Part shown: one piece after another, positions 39,357 to 53,461 of the stretch | Position numbering within the stretch: position 1 is the stretch's first letter | Layout of the letters: each line of letters begins with the position of its first letter | Assembly: GCA_963693365.1 (NCBI GenBank) | Contig: CAVNZM010000011.1 | Coordinates: 186,001-250,000, forward strand | Reading direction: 5' to 3' | DNA: 64,000 nucleotides | Source: Amoebidium appalachense | Lineage: Eukaryota > Protista > Ichthyosporea | Position numbers and translations under genes: made by a program | The notes under the pieces: generated by a model | Told to the model about the DNA's origin: nothing | Seen by the model: only the letters and a program-made list of their open reading frames with translations | Database searches by the model: none

Positions 39357-41320
39357 TCAGAAACTGGGCGGTGGAGTTGCAATCAGGGGCCGGTTATCTT
39401 CGTCATCTGGATGGGGCACGGCGGGGTTATAAATGTCTCTCTGGGTTACAAATCATTGCGTGGAGTTTCTGGTTGAGTTGTCTCAACACACAAACACTCC
39501 CCACCCCGAAACCCCCCCCATCTCCCCTCCCCCCTTCCCCTCTCCCCCACCACCACCACCACCACCACATACAAAGAACCACACAACACCAGCCCAATGT
39601 GCCCGTCCATCAACCTCGCCAATCCCACCTACTGAACCCACTACCGCCCATTTCCACTATCGCTTTACCCCTCGAGCCGTCAGAACAACCCCTCCCCCCC
39701 CCCCCCCCAAAAAAAAAAAGAAAAGAAAAAAAAAAAGAAAAAAAGAAAAAAAGAAAAAAAGAAAAGGAAAAAACACCCACCCTCACAGAACTACCCTCCC
39801 TCCTCCCCCCGCTCCCCTCCCCCTCCCCCACCCCCCCCCGTGATTACCTCTAGTCTGTGTGTATGTGAAGGCTGCCGGCTGTGAGCAGCCATTTGGGCCA
39901 CTGACTGTGACGGTGACTGGGCCTGGCTGGGCACATGGAGGGACTACGCACCATAGACTGCTGTTGGTTGTGGCCTGGAGGGGGAAGAGGGGGGTGAGGT
40001 GTGTGCAAAGAGGAGTGCTGGGTGGGTTTACATGCCGAGCAGAGTGTTGGGGGGGTTTATTTGATGGGGTAGAGGTTGGGGTGAGCAATTGCACAGTCTT
40101 GGGGGGGGGGGGGCTTACGTGGAGGAGGAGAGGGAAGGGCCAGAGTGCTAAGGGCACAAGGATACAGTCTAGTGCATGGGTGAGCAATCTTGGTTGTGTG
40201 GGGAAGGAGGTATTTCTTGGAGGGCTGTGAGAAATGCAAACGAGGGGGCTTGGACATTGTGTTGGATGTCAGTGGTGGGTGGAGGGTCGGTAAGATGGAG
40301 CCCTCGGGGCAATGGGCGGTGGGTGGATGGGTGGGTAGGGGGGGGGGGGGGGGGGGGAAGGGGATGTATCAACCTGGACGTCCATGACGGTGTCACCAAA
40401 GCGCACAGAGGTCACATGACCAAGGTTGCGACCAATCAGAGCGCAGGTGGCCCCTCCACTGATTGGGCCACTGTCAGGAAGCACGTGCTCGATCTGGGGG
40501 GCCACTGAGGGTAGAGGGGGACAGAGATTCAGTCGGGATATTCGTTAGTTTGTGTCTTCCATAATTCTTTTCGGTAGGGGGGGAGGAGCGGGGTAGAAGG
40601 GGGGGGGAGGGGGGAGGATGGGGGGGAAGGGGGAGGGGGGGGAGGGGGGGGGGGAGGGGGAGGGTTGGAAAATGCAAGTGGGGAATTCAAGAGGGGAGGG
40701 GCATGGTGGGTCTAATGCGAAGGATAATGCAGAGCAGGCGCAGGCAACACCTCACGGAGGACACTGTACCCGTGCACTGATTCATTTGCATGCTGCGGGG
40801 TGTATCAGGCAATCAATCAGCACGCCCCACAGTGCACCATTTGTGAATCAAAAATACGAGCAAAACCGAGAAAAGATCGGGAAAGCCACCACCTCTGCGG
40901 CCAAAAAACAAAACAACATTACACCCTTTACACCATTACACCATTACAACCTTCGTCAATAATCAATTTCAAATGCCACACAGGCCATACCTCTGCACAT
41001 GGCTTCTTAGTGGGAGAGAGGGGGGAGGGGGGAGGGGGGGGGATGTGAGCACTGACGTGAGAGTTGGGGATCGTCATTTAGCAGGAGACAGTAGTCGTGG
41101 GGGCGAGGCATGGAGAAACTATTGAGCCCCCCAGAGAAGAAGGACGGGAGGTTGAGCGCTGGCTCGGACAGCGATAAGGGGTGGCTGGGTTGGGCGGATG
41201 GGGGGATGGTGTGGGCTCTGGGGCCAAAAGGGTGGGGTGGGTTGAGGGTGGTGGGGGGGGTGGAGGGGAGGGTTGATAGAGGGTGAGTGTGTGGTGTTGT
41301 GTTTTTGTAAGTGAGTTTGT

Positions 41321-41351
<31 letters not shown>

Positions 41352-42453
41352 GGGGCATGTTAGAGAGATAAAGAGAGAGAGAGAGAGAGAGAGAGAGAGC
41401 CAGGGGAGCTGGAGGGAAAGAGAGAGGGAGAGAGAGATCAAAGTGTGTGTGGAGTGCACGTGTATGTATGTTGCAACAGCAGAATGGGGTCAGAAATTCA
41501 ACAACAGCAACCAAAAAGTAGAAGGCCGGAGTCTTTGGTCTCAACCATTATCCGAGGCACAGGGGGGAAGGAAAGGTGTACAGGAGCATACCGAGCCATA
41601 TTTGCTGTACGGGAGGAGGATGGTGGTAACTCGAAAAAATGGATTTAGCAAGGGCAGGGGAGGTGGGGGCTGCGACTATGGCGAACAGATTGATGAGGGA
41701 AAGCGGGGAAATGGGAATGGGCCTGGAGGGGTGGTTGAAAGTGGGTGTGTGTGGGAGGAGGGGGCGGGGGGGGGGGGGGGGGGAGGGGGGGGGGGGGGGC
41801 GGTTTGCAGTTTGACAACATCTACTCTATGGGGGAGGTAGGGGCAGAACCTTTGCAGCAGGCCCAGGGGTGATGACGGATAGCCCATGTATCCCCCTAGC
41901 CCCTCACTCATGTCGTACTCGGGGGAGGGGGTACTCGGGGACGTGGGCCTCAGCCCTGCCGTGGTGAGGGGGGTCTGAAGTGAATATTCGCCGTAATTTG
42001 GACGGGAGGGTCCGGCTGCGGCCAGGGCACGTGTGCGTCGTGTGATGGACTTGTGGTCGTCGGTGATCATGATGGGGGGGCTCAATGCACACGCAATCAT
42101 TTTCTGGTGCTGGTCCCGCAGCCCAAAGAAAATGCTGGGGGGTTGGGGGGGGGGGATGGGTTAGTTGGGGCTGTTGGTTTGAAAGAGGAAGGAGGTGGGT
42201 GGTGGGTGCTACAAGGGGATGAGGTCGAGGGGGAGAGCTAAAGGGAAGACGTGGTTTTTGTTGTTTTGACATACTTATTGATAGTTCTATATATGTCTAT
42301 GACTATCTCGGTACAGTATCATATGCTAATAGAATTTGTATAAGTACACATTTTTGCATGGATGTATATATCTCTATTGATATCATAACGACTTACATTA
42401 ACCTGGGCTTAATTGTACTTAAGAAGTGTTTTTTTTTTGTTTTTTTTGTTTTT

Positions 42454-42486
<33 letters not shown>

Positions 42487-44325
42487 GGGGCATGAGAACG
42501 CATAGACGAGGGAGAGAGAAGCTCTGAATGTGTGGGTCTCCGATGTTATGGAATGTGGTGGCTGAGGTGCACGTGTGTGTGTGTTTGGGGGGGGGGGGGG
42601 GGGGGGGAGGGGGGGAGGGGGGGAGGGGACGGCTTATGAGGATGCTGGGAAGAAAGAAGTGCATGACATTGGTAGATAAGAGATGCCCCTTCATCTTTGT
42701 TTTTATCCTTCATGCCTCTAGCGGTTTATTAGTCCTCTACGCCTCTTTTTAGTTCTGTATTTCTATTTCGGAGAGGTTCGACACACCTAAAACCCACAGG
42801 CTCAGCGTGGTGGCGGCAGTAGCATGTGATGCGGGTGGGCAGGATGACGTCACCATTGCTAAAGGCCATCTGGGGCCTGCAGTTGAACAAGAGCACACGG
42901 TCCTTCTCTCCATGCTCTGTGTCCTCACGGTCTGACAGCCCTGGGGGGGGGGGGGGGAGGGAGGAGGGGGGGGGGGGGGGAGGGGGGGTCATGGTGTGGC
43001 TGGAATGGGTGCGGGGTGGTTGGGTGACAATGATGGGGTGATGATGGATTTTCGGGGGAGGGGGGGGGGGAGGACCAGGCCAGTTGGTGAGCCCCTGGCT
43101 GAGTGGTGAGAGGATGGGGCTGGGCACGTGTAAAGAGAACCCGGTGGGTTAGGTGGGTTTTGTTTGCATGTGTGTGGGGGGGTGGAGGAGGGGCTGGGGG
43201 TAGGGGGGGGGGGGGGGGGATGGGAGGAGGGAGGTGGGTGCGGAGGGGATGGTGGAGATGTAGGGATATCTGGCTGATGGCTGAGTGGCTGGGTGGGTGT
43301 GGAATGTGTGTGTGTGTGTCTGCCGGTCCCGGGGGGTGTGTTCGTGGGAGGGTCGGTGGGTGAATCGGTCCGCGGGGGCGGGGAGGTGGGGGAAGGGGTG
43401 GGGGAAGGGGAGGGACGGAGGTGGGGCGGAACGAGCAATAAGGGAAAACGTTTGTGCATGCGAATGTTGAGGTTTAAATTCTAAAAATGGTGGCTGTTTG
43501 CTCAGAGAATAGCAGATGCATGTACATGTTTTTGGACATGTATGCGTGTGCGTGTGGGTACTCCAGATGTGTGTGGGTCTCATATCTTGTCTGTCTGTGT
43601 GTGCATCTGGCATTGTTAATCGTTTGGTTGGGGGGAAAGCCTAGATATACGACCAGGAGTGTACGTGTGTGTATGGGTGTGTGTGTGTGTGTGTGTGTGG
43701 GGAGGGGGGGGGGGGGGGGAAGGGAGCAAGGACTTGTCTGGTAGGGCTGGTCTCTCTTCCCTTTGGCACGTTGCATCCTCTTTCTCTCCCGCAGCACACA
43801 GCGCTCACACACAGTCACCTTCTGTGCACAAACGAGAAGGGCCGCAGTAAAAAATAAAACAGAAACCGGGGGAGAAGGGGAGGGTGGGGGGTGAGGTGGG
43901 GGAGGGGGGGGGGGAGGGGAGGGGGGGACGAGGAGAGTGTTGTGGGTATGAGGGGTTTGAGATAATATGTGTGTCGGGTGAAGTTGGACGGGTGCTGAGG
44001 AGGCTGTGCGATAAATTGGTGTGAGCAAAAATCTGTCGGCGGTACTGAGTGCTCCCTCTCACTCCCTGCTCTCTCTCGAGTGTCCCACCTTCCCCTCCAC
44101 CTTCCCCCCTCCCCTTCCCCCTCCCCCGTTCCCGGCCCCATCTCACCCATAAAGGTATAATGACCTCTACTTGACCGTGGGGTGCTTGGGGGTTGACACC
44201 TTGGGAGGGGGGAGGGGGGGGGGGGAGTAGGAGGAAAGAAAAAAAGAGGAGCTGGGGTGAGGGGGGATTGCACAACGGGGAAGGGGAGGGAGGGGATGAG
44301 GGAGAATAAGAAAGGTTTTTTTTTT

Positions 44326-44366
<41 letters not shown>

Positions 44367-45276
44367 AATGGGCATGCCTTTGCTGGGTCGGAGACACACA
44401 TGACGATGGCCTGAAGGTGAAGGGTCTTGCTGGGGTCACCAGAGCCCTCGATCTGGGGGTATAGATTAGACCGAGAAAAAGGTGCTAAGTTATAATGGGC
44501 CAGTGTGATTGGATATTGTCAGCACTAAATGACGTATGCTATTGCTGCTTTTTGTTGCAATCTAAGTATGTAAAGTCCACAATCAGGCAATATAGCCAAA
44601 AAGATGTGTTCTTCATGATTTTTCGTATGGAGGGTTTTCCATGTTCCAATGGCAGGGGGATACAAACAGTCATATGAAAGCAACCAATGTGCATAAAAAA
44701 GAGGAAAGGAAAGAAAAACCCTGTGTGTTCTTTAATTGGACTAATGCGCAATGCACATTTCTTTAAGTGGACTAGGGCACACTTTGCGCTTCTCAAATGG
44801 GACTAGAGCATCATTTGCATCTCTTTAGGGGGGCTAGAGCAACATGTGCATTTCTTTAAGTGGATGAGAGCATACAGTGCGCATCTCTTTAAGGGGCCTG
44901 TAGCACCTTGTGCTTGCCCATGCGCTTGGCAGCACAGAGTGGGGGCAGTGTCAGACAGTCCCAGTCAGTGACCCTCGTGTTGTCGTCATAGACCAGTTGC
45001 AGGCACAGGTTGATTTGGGTCTCCACACGGCTACGTGCACCATCACTGGGCACACCCAGTACTTTGAGCTGGGGGGGGGGGGGGGGGGGGGGAAGGGAGA
45101 GGGGAGGGGGGGGGGGGGGAGGGAGAAGGGTCAGGGTGGAAGCTTGTGGTGGATGTTTCTAGGGTAAATTGTTAATAAATCCCCACAGCCGTCGTTTCTG
45201 CTACTTCTCTTCCTACAGCCATTCCTGTACAAAGTTCCCCTTTGGCTCTTTTTTCTTCCCCTGCTGGGTTGGGAGT

Positions 45277-45309
<33 letters not shown>

Positions 45310-45310
45310 G

Positions 45311-45350
<40 letters not shown>

Positions 45351-46444
45351 GGGGGGATGGGGCAGGCAGCGCTCTCGCTTGTTAAGGCCAGAGGAAGAGA
45401 GGTGAAAGCAAAAAGCAAAAAGTGGATGGAACGTAGGATACAGGGTTTGGGACCATGCACTATCGGCAGAGTGGGTCGGATGCATAAAAAGGGAGGGAAG
45501 GGATTAAGTAAGCTCCAATTTTGTTAGCGAATCCATCTATGTGCCTCTTCGGTGTTCTCCCCCCCCCTTCCCCCCCCCCCCCCCCCCCCCCCCCTCCCCC
45601 CCCCCCCCCTACTTTTTCTCTCTCCCTTCTTTCCCTTTTCTCACACCACATCGACATCCTTGCTTCCCTGCAAGCTGTTTTATTCCTTCCCCCCCGCCCC
45701 CCGCCCCCCTCCTCCCCCCTCCCCACCACCACCACCACAGCGGCTTCCCTCCTATCCTCTACCCCAGCATCCACCCCCATAATTCCTAATTTTGTGGGGG
45801 CTCATAACTGCACTATCTGTACGTGGGTTCTTATCTAGTTATCCATTGGGGGGGAGGGGAAGGGGGTAAGGGGGGGAGGCGAGAGGAGGGGGTTTCATGC
45901 TTAAATACTGTGTGCGGGCTCTTATGTAATTATTTGTGTGTGTGTGTGTGGGGGTGGGGGGGTGGTCATATCCGATTTTCTGGGGGGGGGGTCCTACCCA
46001 ATTATCGGGGGGGGGGGGGTTCATACCTGCATTCCCTTTTGCTCCTCCTGCGCCTTCATCCACAGCGCCATCTGGTCGACCTCCCCTGCCTGTTAACCCC
46101 CACCTAAATCACTGTGTGCATATACCCAACAACACAAGCCATCGATTATGGTGGATCTATGACCACACCGGTTGGTAGGATGTGCAATTCACTTGTGTAG
46201 TTGTGATACAGCCAAATTGACTTATGTGAGGCAACACCGTGCACAATATGTGGTTTTAGGTCAGCGGCAGGCAGCAGAGCCACATCTGTAACGCCTAATC
46301 GCAACACACATACACACATGGATCAGGGCACACTCAAACACACAGGTGGGGACACGCAGACACAGACGGCCACCACCAAATATGGACACACACAGGCACA
46401 TGTACACCAAAGGGTATACGCACACCCACACACGCGAGCGCGTG

Positions 46445-46489
<45 letters not shown>

Positions 46490-46830
46490 TTTCAGCTGCG
46501 CGTGTGTACGATGCACACCCACCCACTACAAACGTTTACTGCATCTGCCATGAGCAGATACATGCCCTTACCGTGGTTCACTCGTTGCACACAGACATGT
46601 GCACACTCCCACGCAAAAAGCAAAAACATATGCGCGCAGGCATAAGCACACGGACAGCTTCACGCACAGTCGCACGGCCAGACACGCATAGTCTAAGGGA
46701 CATACACCACACACGAACACACATACACGTGCACTCAAGGCCCGGTGCCATGGTATATGTATCGTTAATAAACATGATCTCTTTTTAACCTCCCCCCTCT
46801 CCCCGTCATCTACGCATTGAGCCATGGCCA
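39357..46830 (-). CDS. Spt23/Mga2-like transcription factor (DNA-binding domain + IPT/TIG); 5' end uncertain, may extend to ~47800
   Basis: Exon peptides GARSRVETQINLCLQL (~45000), VTVCERCVLRERKR (~43800), LPTRITCYCRHHAEPVGF (~42820) and SPPIMITDDHK (~42070). IPT: PQIEHVLPDSGPISGG..GRNL..VRFG (~40450) and CVVPP..PGPVTVTV..FTY (~39900). The last exon reads DDEDNRPLIATPPPSF*. Confidence 0.85.
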
Positions 46831-46992
46831 TGCATATGAAGCTGTATCCGGCAGATCTGCCTGGGCCCAAATCGCCACCAGTGCTGCCACTTAACCCTGC
46901 GCCAGGTTCCCCTTCATGCACTAGCACCCCTAGCTTCCGTGCCAATTCCTGGTTACCCCAATCCTCCCTCATTACTCCATCAGCACATCCAC

Positions 46993-47033
<41 letters not shown>

Positions 47034-48430
47034 CGCACACACGCGCGCGCGCCGCGCGATGGCACACCCACACAGACATACTCAGGAGATAGAGGCACAC
47101 AAATTTGTTCATACACACACACACAAGTACAACTTGATACACGGATAAATACAAACGCAAACACGCATGCACAGTGCATAGGTGTGCACACACGCACACG
47201 TACGTGTACACACGCAAGCACGCGCGCACACACACACAAGCAAGCTCGTGCGCGCACACGCACACACGCACAGACACACACACACACACAAGCACACGCA
47301 CACGCACGCACGCGCACGCACACGCACGCGCACGCACACACACGCACACGCACGCACACACAAACTTACACATACACTCACAAAAACAAGCCGGATCACA
47401 GTCATATGCATACACGGCTCCATTAGGCCGAGGACTTACTCACCTGCTGCATCAGGGGGGGCAGGGACTCGATACCGTCCCTCCCCCCACCACCGTGCCT
47501 GCCCTGCGCCATGTCCCCGTCCTCTCCCCCCTCGTCTCTCTGTGCACGTGCACACACACCTTTCCCCCCAACCGCGTGCTTGGCTCTAGAGGCATCAGCG
47601 CCTACCGTGCTGCGTCTACGTACTACCAAAGACCCACCCTCCCTGCTTGCTACATGGGCTCTTCGGCGGTGCACTTTTTTCTTGCCTACGCCTGGTGGTG
47701 TGTGCGTGCATGTGTGCCGTGTTCCCCCTACGCCCAGCCGGCATGGCTGTTCGAAGGTGCAACCCAACATTTTCCTCCGCCGGCCCCAACTCCATGAACG
47801 ATACACAGGCGCGTTGTCCGTCGGCCAGGTGTGTGAGGCATGGATGGCCCGCAGTGGCAGTGTGGTGGCAGGAAAAGCAGCCGTGAAACGAGATGACGCG
47901 AAGTCCCGCCCTGAGTGTGAGCCCTGCCACCTGTCACGGCCACTCTGAGCGCGGCAAGAACCATGTTGTTTGCAGGCGAGATGTGGCCTGCAGCATGACA
48001 CATGCGCCTGTATGGCCGCGCGCGTGGGCACACACGGCACGCATGCAGAGCGCTGGCATGCATGTGGTAGCAGCCCAACATGTTGGGCCTCTCTCTAGCT
48101 GGCTGCCAATATTCTGCATCACATACCACACATAGTTTATTTCTCGATGCAGTACAGGTTATCTTTCCGGGAATTTACGCCTATCAATGCTCCCTTACAC
48201 ATTATACGCGCGAAACCATGCAGCAGGCCATGCTTGCTAGTATGGCAATACGTCATGAAAAGGGCCAAATTCCTGAAAGTTGACTTTGAAACTAATGGCA
48301 TTGAATCCGTTTGTCTATCACATTTTGTGAGACAACAGTCAGTGGTGTGTGTGTGACATGTGCAAAGCGTGTGCGTGCTGTGCATAGCACGCGGGGTGGC
48401 AGGCCGTGGCAGGGGTGTGAGGGTGCCAAG

Positions 48431-48803
48431 TAAGCCTATGTAAAAAAATCCCGCATCTCCACAGGATATTCAGGGGTCCTCGGGATATGGGATATATCCG
48501 GATATTTAGGCAGTTTTGGGATAGTTCCAAATGATATTTAGGGAGGGGCGGGATTTCCAATCTATCCACAGGGGGTGGATATATCCAGGTCGAGCGCTCA
48601 GGATAGATTTAGGTATCCCGTGGGTTTAGGGATATATTATAAATGTTTGTGGCCAGGGATATCACAGCAAATAGGCTAAGGTCAAGGTTGTGAACGAGAG
48701 CAAAGTCAGGCTGATAAAAAGTCATGTATATGTAGTAGAAGATAAGTAGTCGACGTGAGCAAGGATAAAATTTCATTGTGGTGGCAAGACCGTCCCGTGC
48801 CTT

Positions 48804-48836
<33 letters not shown>

Positions 48837-48898
48837 AGCCTTTGGCCTTCTGGTTCGTGCACACACACTCTTTTTCATGCATGCATACAAGTTATTCC

Positions 48899-48929
<31 letters not shown>

Positions 48930-49069
48930 TTCCCCCCCCCCCCCCACCCCACCCCCCGCCCTCAATCGAGGCCGGGGCCGGCCACACGTGCACTGCAGAC
49001 TTGTCACGACTCACACGTACGTAATGGTGCATATGATCCATATGCATATCCTTTTTATGCATGCATGCA

Positions 49070-49101
<32 letters not shown>

Positions 49102-49133
49102 ACCCCACCCACCCACCCACCCACCCACCCACC

Positions 49134-49192
<59 letters not shown>

Positions 49193-49477
49193 GCACACGT
49201 GATACTTAGGCCTGAGTCTTCGAAATATTATGGATACCTGCCCGCCGGGCTAAGTTTAGCACCGGATATTAGCCCGGATATTTAGGCTTCAGCGAGAGAA
49301 AAATGATATTTCTCGGGATAGATAGGGGCCCAAGGGATAGATAAACTTGATATTTAGGTCCATTTTTCGGGATTTTCCGGGATATGATCTATGATATTTA
49401 GGTAGGTTTTGTGATAGATCGGGAGAAAAGCAATATGATATTTAGGTAGTTTTTTGGGATAGATTTACATAGGCTTA
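48431..49477. mobile_element. Non-autonomous hAT-type element
   Basis: 14-bp TIR taagcctatgtaaa / tttacataggctta, with a perfect 8-bp TSD gtgccaag at 48423-48430 and 49478-49485. Dense subterminal GGATAT/GATATTTAGG motifs occur at both ends. Confidence 0.92.
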
Positions 49478-49751
49478 GTGCCAAGTGTCAGAAAACGCTT
49501 CACACTATATTATCTCTGGAGACGGCACTCCACTTCAGTACAACAGTTCAGATTCTATAGAACGCCTCGCGAAGAAGCGGCACCAGTCAGATCTATACTG
49601 AGCAGCACGTGGGAAACCTCCGGCACTCCACTTATTAGCTAGAAGGGCGGCACTGTAAGCTAGCTATCCTCTATCCGAGTATCGTGTCACTAAACTAAGG
49701 CACATGGGGTTGGCACCCAGACTATTAATAAAGTCTTCACACTATTGAGTC

Positions 49752-50147
49752 TGTCAGAATATGCAATCGCACATGTCAACCCATCTCACTCGCTATCGTG
49801 ATCGTGATGACTATGGGATGATGGTAGCTTAAAAGGAGGCGACATGATTGGTTCTAAGTCATATAGGGATCTCGGCTGGTATGTGACTGGATCTCTGTTG
49901 GGATGACTTTGCATTCCAATCGTAGTATATAATCTCTGGACTGTGTCAGTCCAGATTGTCGTTGTCGCCGCCGCCCGCTTCGCTGCAAGTAAAGACCATC
50001 GCTATGACCAAGATTACTGCGTGACGACCAAACGTTCTAGCTGCCAACACTATGGCGATATGTCTGACAGGCTAGTCACACCACTTCCGCACACAAAAGA
50101 GGACAGGATCGGAACAGCTGTCTCTGCCCCACTGAAATATTCCAACA
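49752..50147 (-). repeat. Dispersed repeat copy (inverted relative to 9445-9820), partly duplicated again at ~50683-50785
   Basis: Direct sequence comparison; atgattggttctaagtcata..gggatc..ggctggtatgtga..ggatctctgttgggatgactttgca occurs at both ~49845 and ~50710. Confidence 0.88.
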
Positions 50148-50991
50148 TCGTAGCATGAGATCTGGTTCGCGCCGCCCTAGGCCTGCAGTGTCGCCTGCAG
50201 TGATATGATATCGTCGACAGAGGTCGACATGATGCTATTGTGCAGGGGTGCCGTTGGAAACTGCACCGTAGCAACGTGCCTCGCCACAGAGCGAGAGGGG
50301 TGTGTGCCTGGAAGTGTTGTTTGAGGGGTGCTACATCCTACCTTTCCGGATCAGACACGGATTTATCTATCAAGACAAAGTATTTACTACGGCAACTTAC
50401 TGTACTGCTGAAACTGCTGTTAGTTGAGAGAATGGCTCCATTTTGAGACTACTATGATATGGCTTGCTGAGTCCTGCGGGTAGATGTCTATGTAGAGAGA
50501 GTGTGCCGTCACCATGCATAGAAAGAGCCAGTGTCATGACGTAGCGTTTCGTGTTGGCCGCTTTGCAGAGCCCGTGAGTCCCGCCGTGGTATCGGTATGA
50601 GATTTAGCTTCAGCTAATCGGCAATTTGATGTAGATGAATACGCACTTTGATTGGGTGAGACCTTGGATGCACACCTGCGTGGATGATGGTAGCTTGAAG
50701 AAGGCGATATGATTGGTTCTAAGTCATAAAGGGATCCCGGCTGGTATGTGATTGGATCTCTGTTGGGATGACTTTGCATACCAATTGTAAAATGCGGCTT
50801 ACTGACCGTCGATGATGTCCATGCACTGATAAATTTGTAGAGGTAGTGATCAGTAGTGCTGCGTAGAAATTATAAGATACTGGCAGCCGAATGCGGGGCT
50901 CCCGTCTGCTAAAAAGGGGCCAGAGGCCATGCCCCTCTCGCAAAGGTTTTTATGCATGTGCTTGTGTTGAAGTGCGTGCTGTGTGTCACAG

Positions 50992-51076
<85 letters not shown>

Positions 51077-51254
51077 CACAATAACGGTGCGTGCACGTGT
51101 AGTCTATTAGATCTACGGTGTGTGTGGGTGGGCGGTGTGTATATGGGTGTATATCATGGTGTTGTGTCTGGTGTGCACGTGTGTGTGTGCGCGCGCGTGT
51201 GTGATCTAGTTGCGTGCGTGTGTGTGTGTGTGCGCGTGCGCGTGTGTGTGCATC

Positions 51255-51292
<38 letters not shown>

Positions 51293-51477
51293 TGTGTGTG
51301 TGGGTGTGCACGTGTTTGTGTGCACGAGAAAGAGAGATTGAGAGTGGGTGTATGGGTGTGTGTGTGTATGTGTTTGTGTTTCTGCCGGTGCGTCTTTTTT
51401 TTTTTTTTTTTTTTTTTTTGTGGGGGGGTGAGGGGGGGGGGGGGGGGGGAGGGGGGGGGGGGGGGGGGGGAAGGGTG

Positions 51478-52769
51478 TTGATAAACACTCTTCCCACGGC
51501 AACTTGGGACAGAAAGAGTTTCTTTGTATATGGGTGGCATTATGGTTTTAGACACATGACCAAAACAAAAATTGCAGGGTGGGGGTTCCACCCTAGTGGT
51601 ACCGTGTGGGCATGTTTCATCCACAACGCAGGCAGGCTCGGAGAAAAAGACATGGGTATGGTTGACTCCCCTACCTTGGGGGGAAATCACCATACGCCCA
51701 TTTCCAGAAGGACACTGTACCACCTGCAAGCAATTGAAAACTGTCAGCATGTGTGTTTGTTTTGCACATTCAGTGTGTGTGTGTGTTGAGTGTATGTGTG
51801 TGCAGCATGTGTATGTGTGTGTGCATGTGTGTGTGACTGTGCTTGTGCGGAGTGTGCGTGCGTGCACGTGTGTGGGTTGTGTGCTTGTTATTGTGTGTGT
51901 ATGTGTGGGTGGGTTTGTGTGCGTATGTACACGTGTGCAGATGCTTTTGCCTATAAAAGAACGTGTGCGTTATGTGCGTGCCAGCAGACAAGTGTGTGAG
52001 CAAGCTTTGTTTGCACGTGTTTATGACTTGTCAACATTCAAGTGTGTGCGTATGTGTGCGCACGTGTGTTTGTATTTGTGTGTTTGTGTTTGTGGGTGTG
52101 GGTGTGCGATGTGTGTCTGTGTTTTTCTTTTTGGTTTGTGGTGTTTGTGGTATTCTGTTGGTGCTTATGCTTGCCCATGTGTACGCGTGTCATACACGTT
52201 TGTTGTATGAGTGTGCATGTGTGTGCGTATGAGTGTGCATGTGTGTGTGTCTGTGTGTGTCACGGTGTGTGTATGTGTGTGTGTGTGTGTGAACGAGCGT
52301 GTGCACGTGTGCGGATCTGGTTGCCTGCACGTGTGTGTATGCGTGCATGGTGCGCATGTGCACGTGTGAATGTTTGCCCATGTGCGCGCGTTTCAGTCAT
52401 GCACGTGTGTGTATGTGTGTGCAGGCGTGTGTGTCTCTTTGTGTGTGTATGCGTGTGTGTGTCTGTGTGTGCGTGTGTGTGTGTATGTGTGTGTGTGTGT
52501 GTGTGTGTAGTGCATGTGCACGTGTGAATGTTTGCCCATGTGCGCGCATTTCAGTCATGCACGTGTGTGTATGTGTGTCCAGGCGTGTGTGTCTCTTTGT
52601 GTGTGTATGTCAGTCTGTCGCGCGCGTGTGCACGTGTGCGGATCTGGGTGCCTTGTACCTGTGGTGCTGCAGAAGGTGCAGCCAGCAGCAGCAGAAAGAG
52701 CACGAGCGAGAAGACCACGCCCAACGCCTTACCGACCACGCCCAACGCCTTACGCGGCGTTCCTTTCAA
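51478..52769 (-). pseudogene. Possible two-exon small secreted-protein gene or remnant, no ATG found
   Basis: Signal-like VVFSLVLFLLLLAAPSAAPQ ends at CAG|GTAC (~52658). It joins in phase 0 to ttgcag|VVQCPSGNGRMV..PACVVDETCPHG..CNFCFG (~51722-51480). Confidence 0.3.
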
Positions 52770-53461
52770 AAAAACCCCAATTGCTTCTATTAGTATCCGC
52801 AGTAAGTCGGTCGACCACTATGCAAAAACAACGCGTTTTCTTCTCAGTTTTGCCCTCCGACGTCTGATCAGGCTCCAATCATCATGATCACGGAAACGGT
52901 ATTTTTACCGCGCTTATGCTGTTCTTTGCCAGGTATCGACGCTAAACCGGACATTTCGATTCGCAAATCAAGGTACACTCAAATAGCATTGAAAAGCCCC
53001 AACGAATGATTGTTCGACACCATATTTACCTAAATTACAGATTTAATATAAACTAAATGATTCCCGATTTTGCTGACAGGGTAATTGTTACCATCTAGTT
53101 ACCGCGCTCCTGGAAGCGAATCCAATGCGTTATCTCTCATTCCATCGACCCAGGAGCCAATCCAATCGAGTTTTTGAAAGTGATTTTTGTCCACCGTGAC
53201 CTTCCCCCGCCCAAAAAACGTTACCGGTGACCACCCTCCCCCTTCCAACCCAGTGCGAAATTAAGGGATACGGGATCGGCGATTTTGAGTGGTCCCCGAT
53301 TTCTTTCTGGCGCCGCCTTTTTTTCCCCTGATTACGTAACGCGTTGCTACGCACCCACGCCGTACAACGAGTTTTGTGTTCGCACGTTAACGCAGAGGGC
53401 GCACAACCCGAAATAATTTTTTTCATGTAAAGAAACTACTTTGAATACATGCACTTTTACC

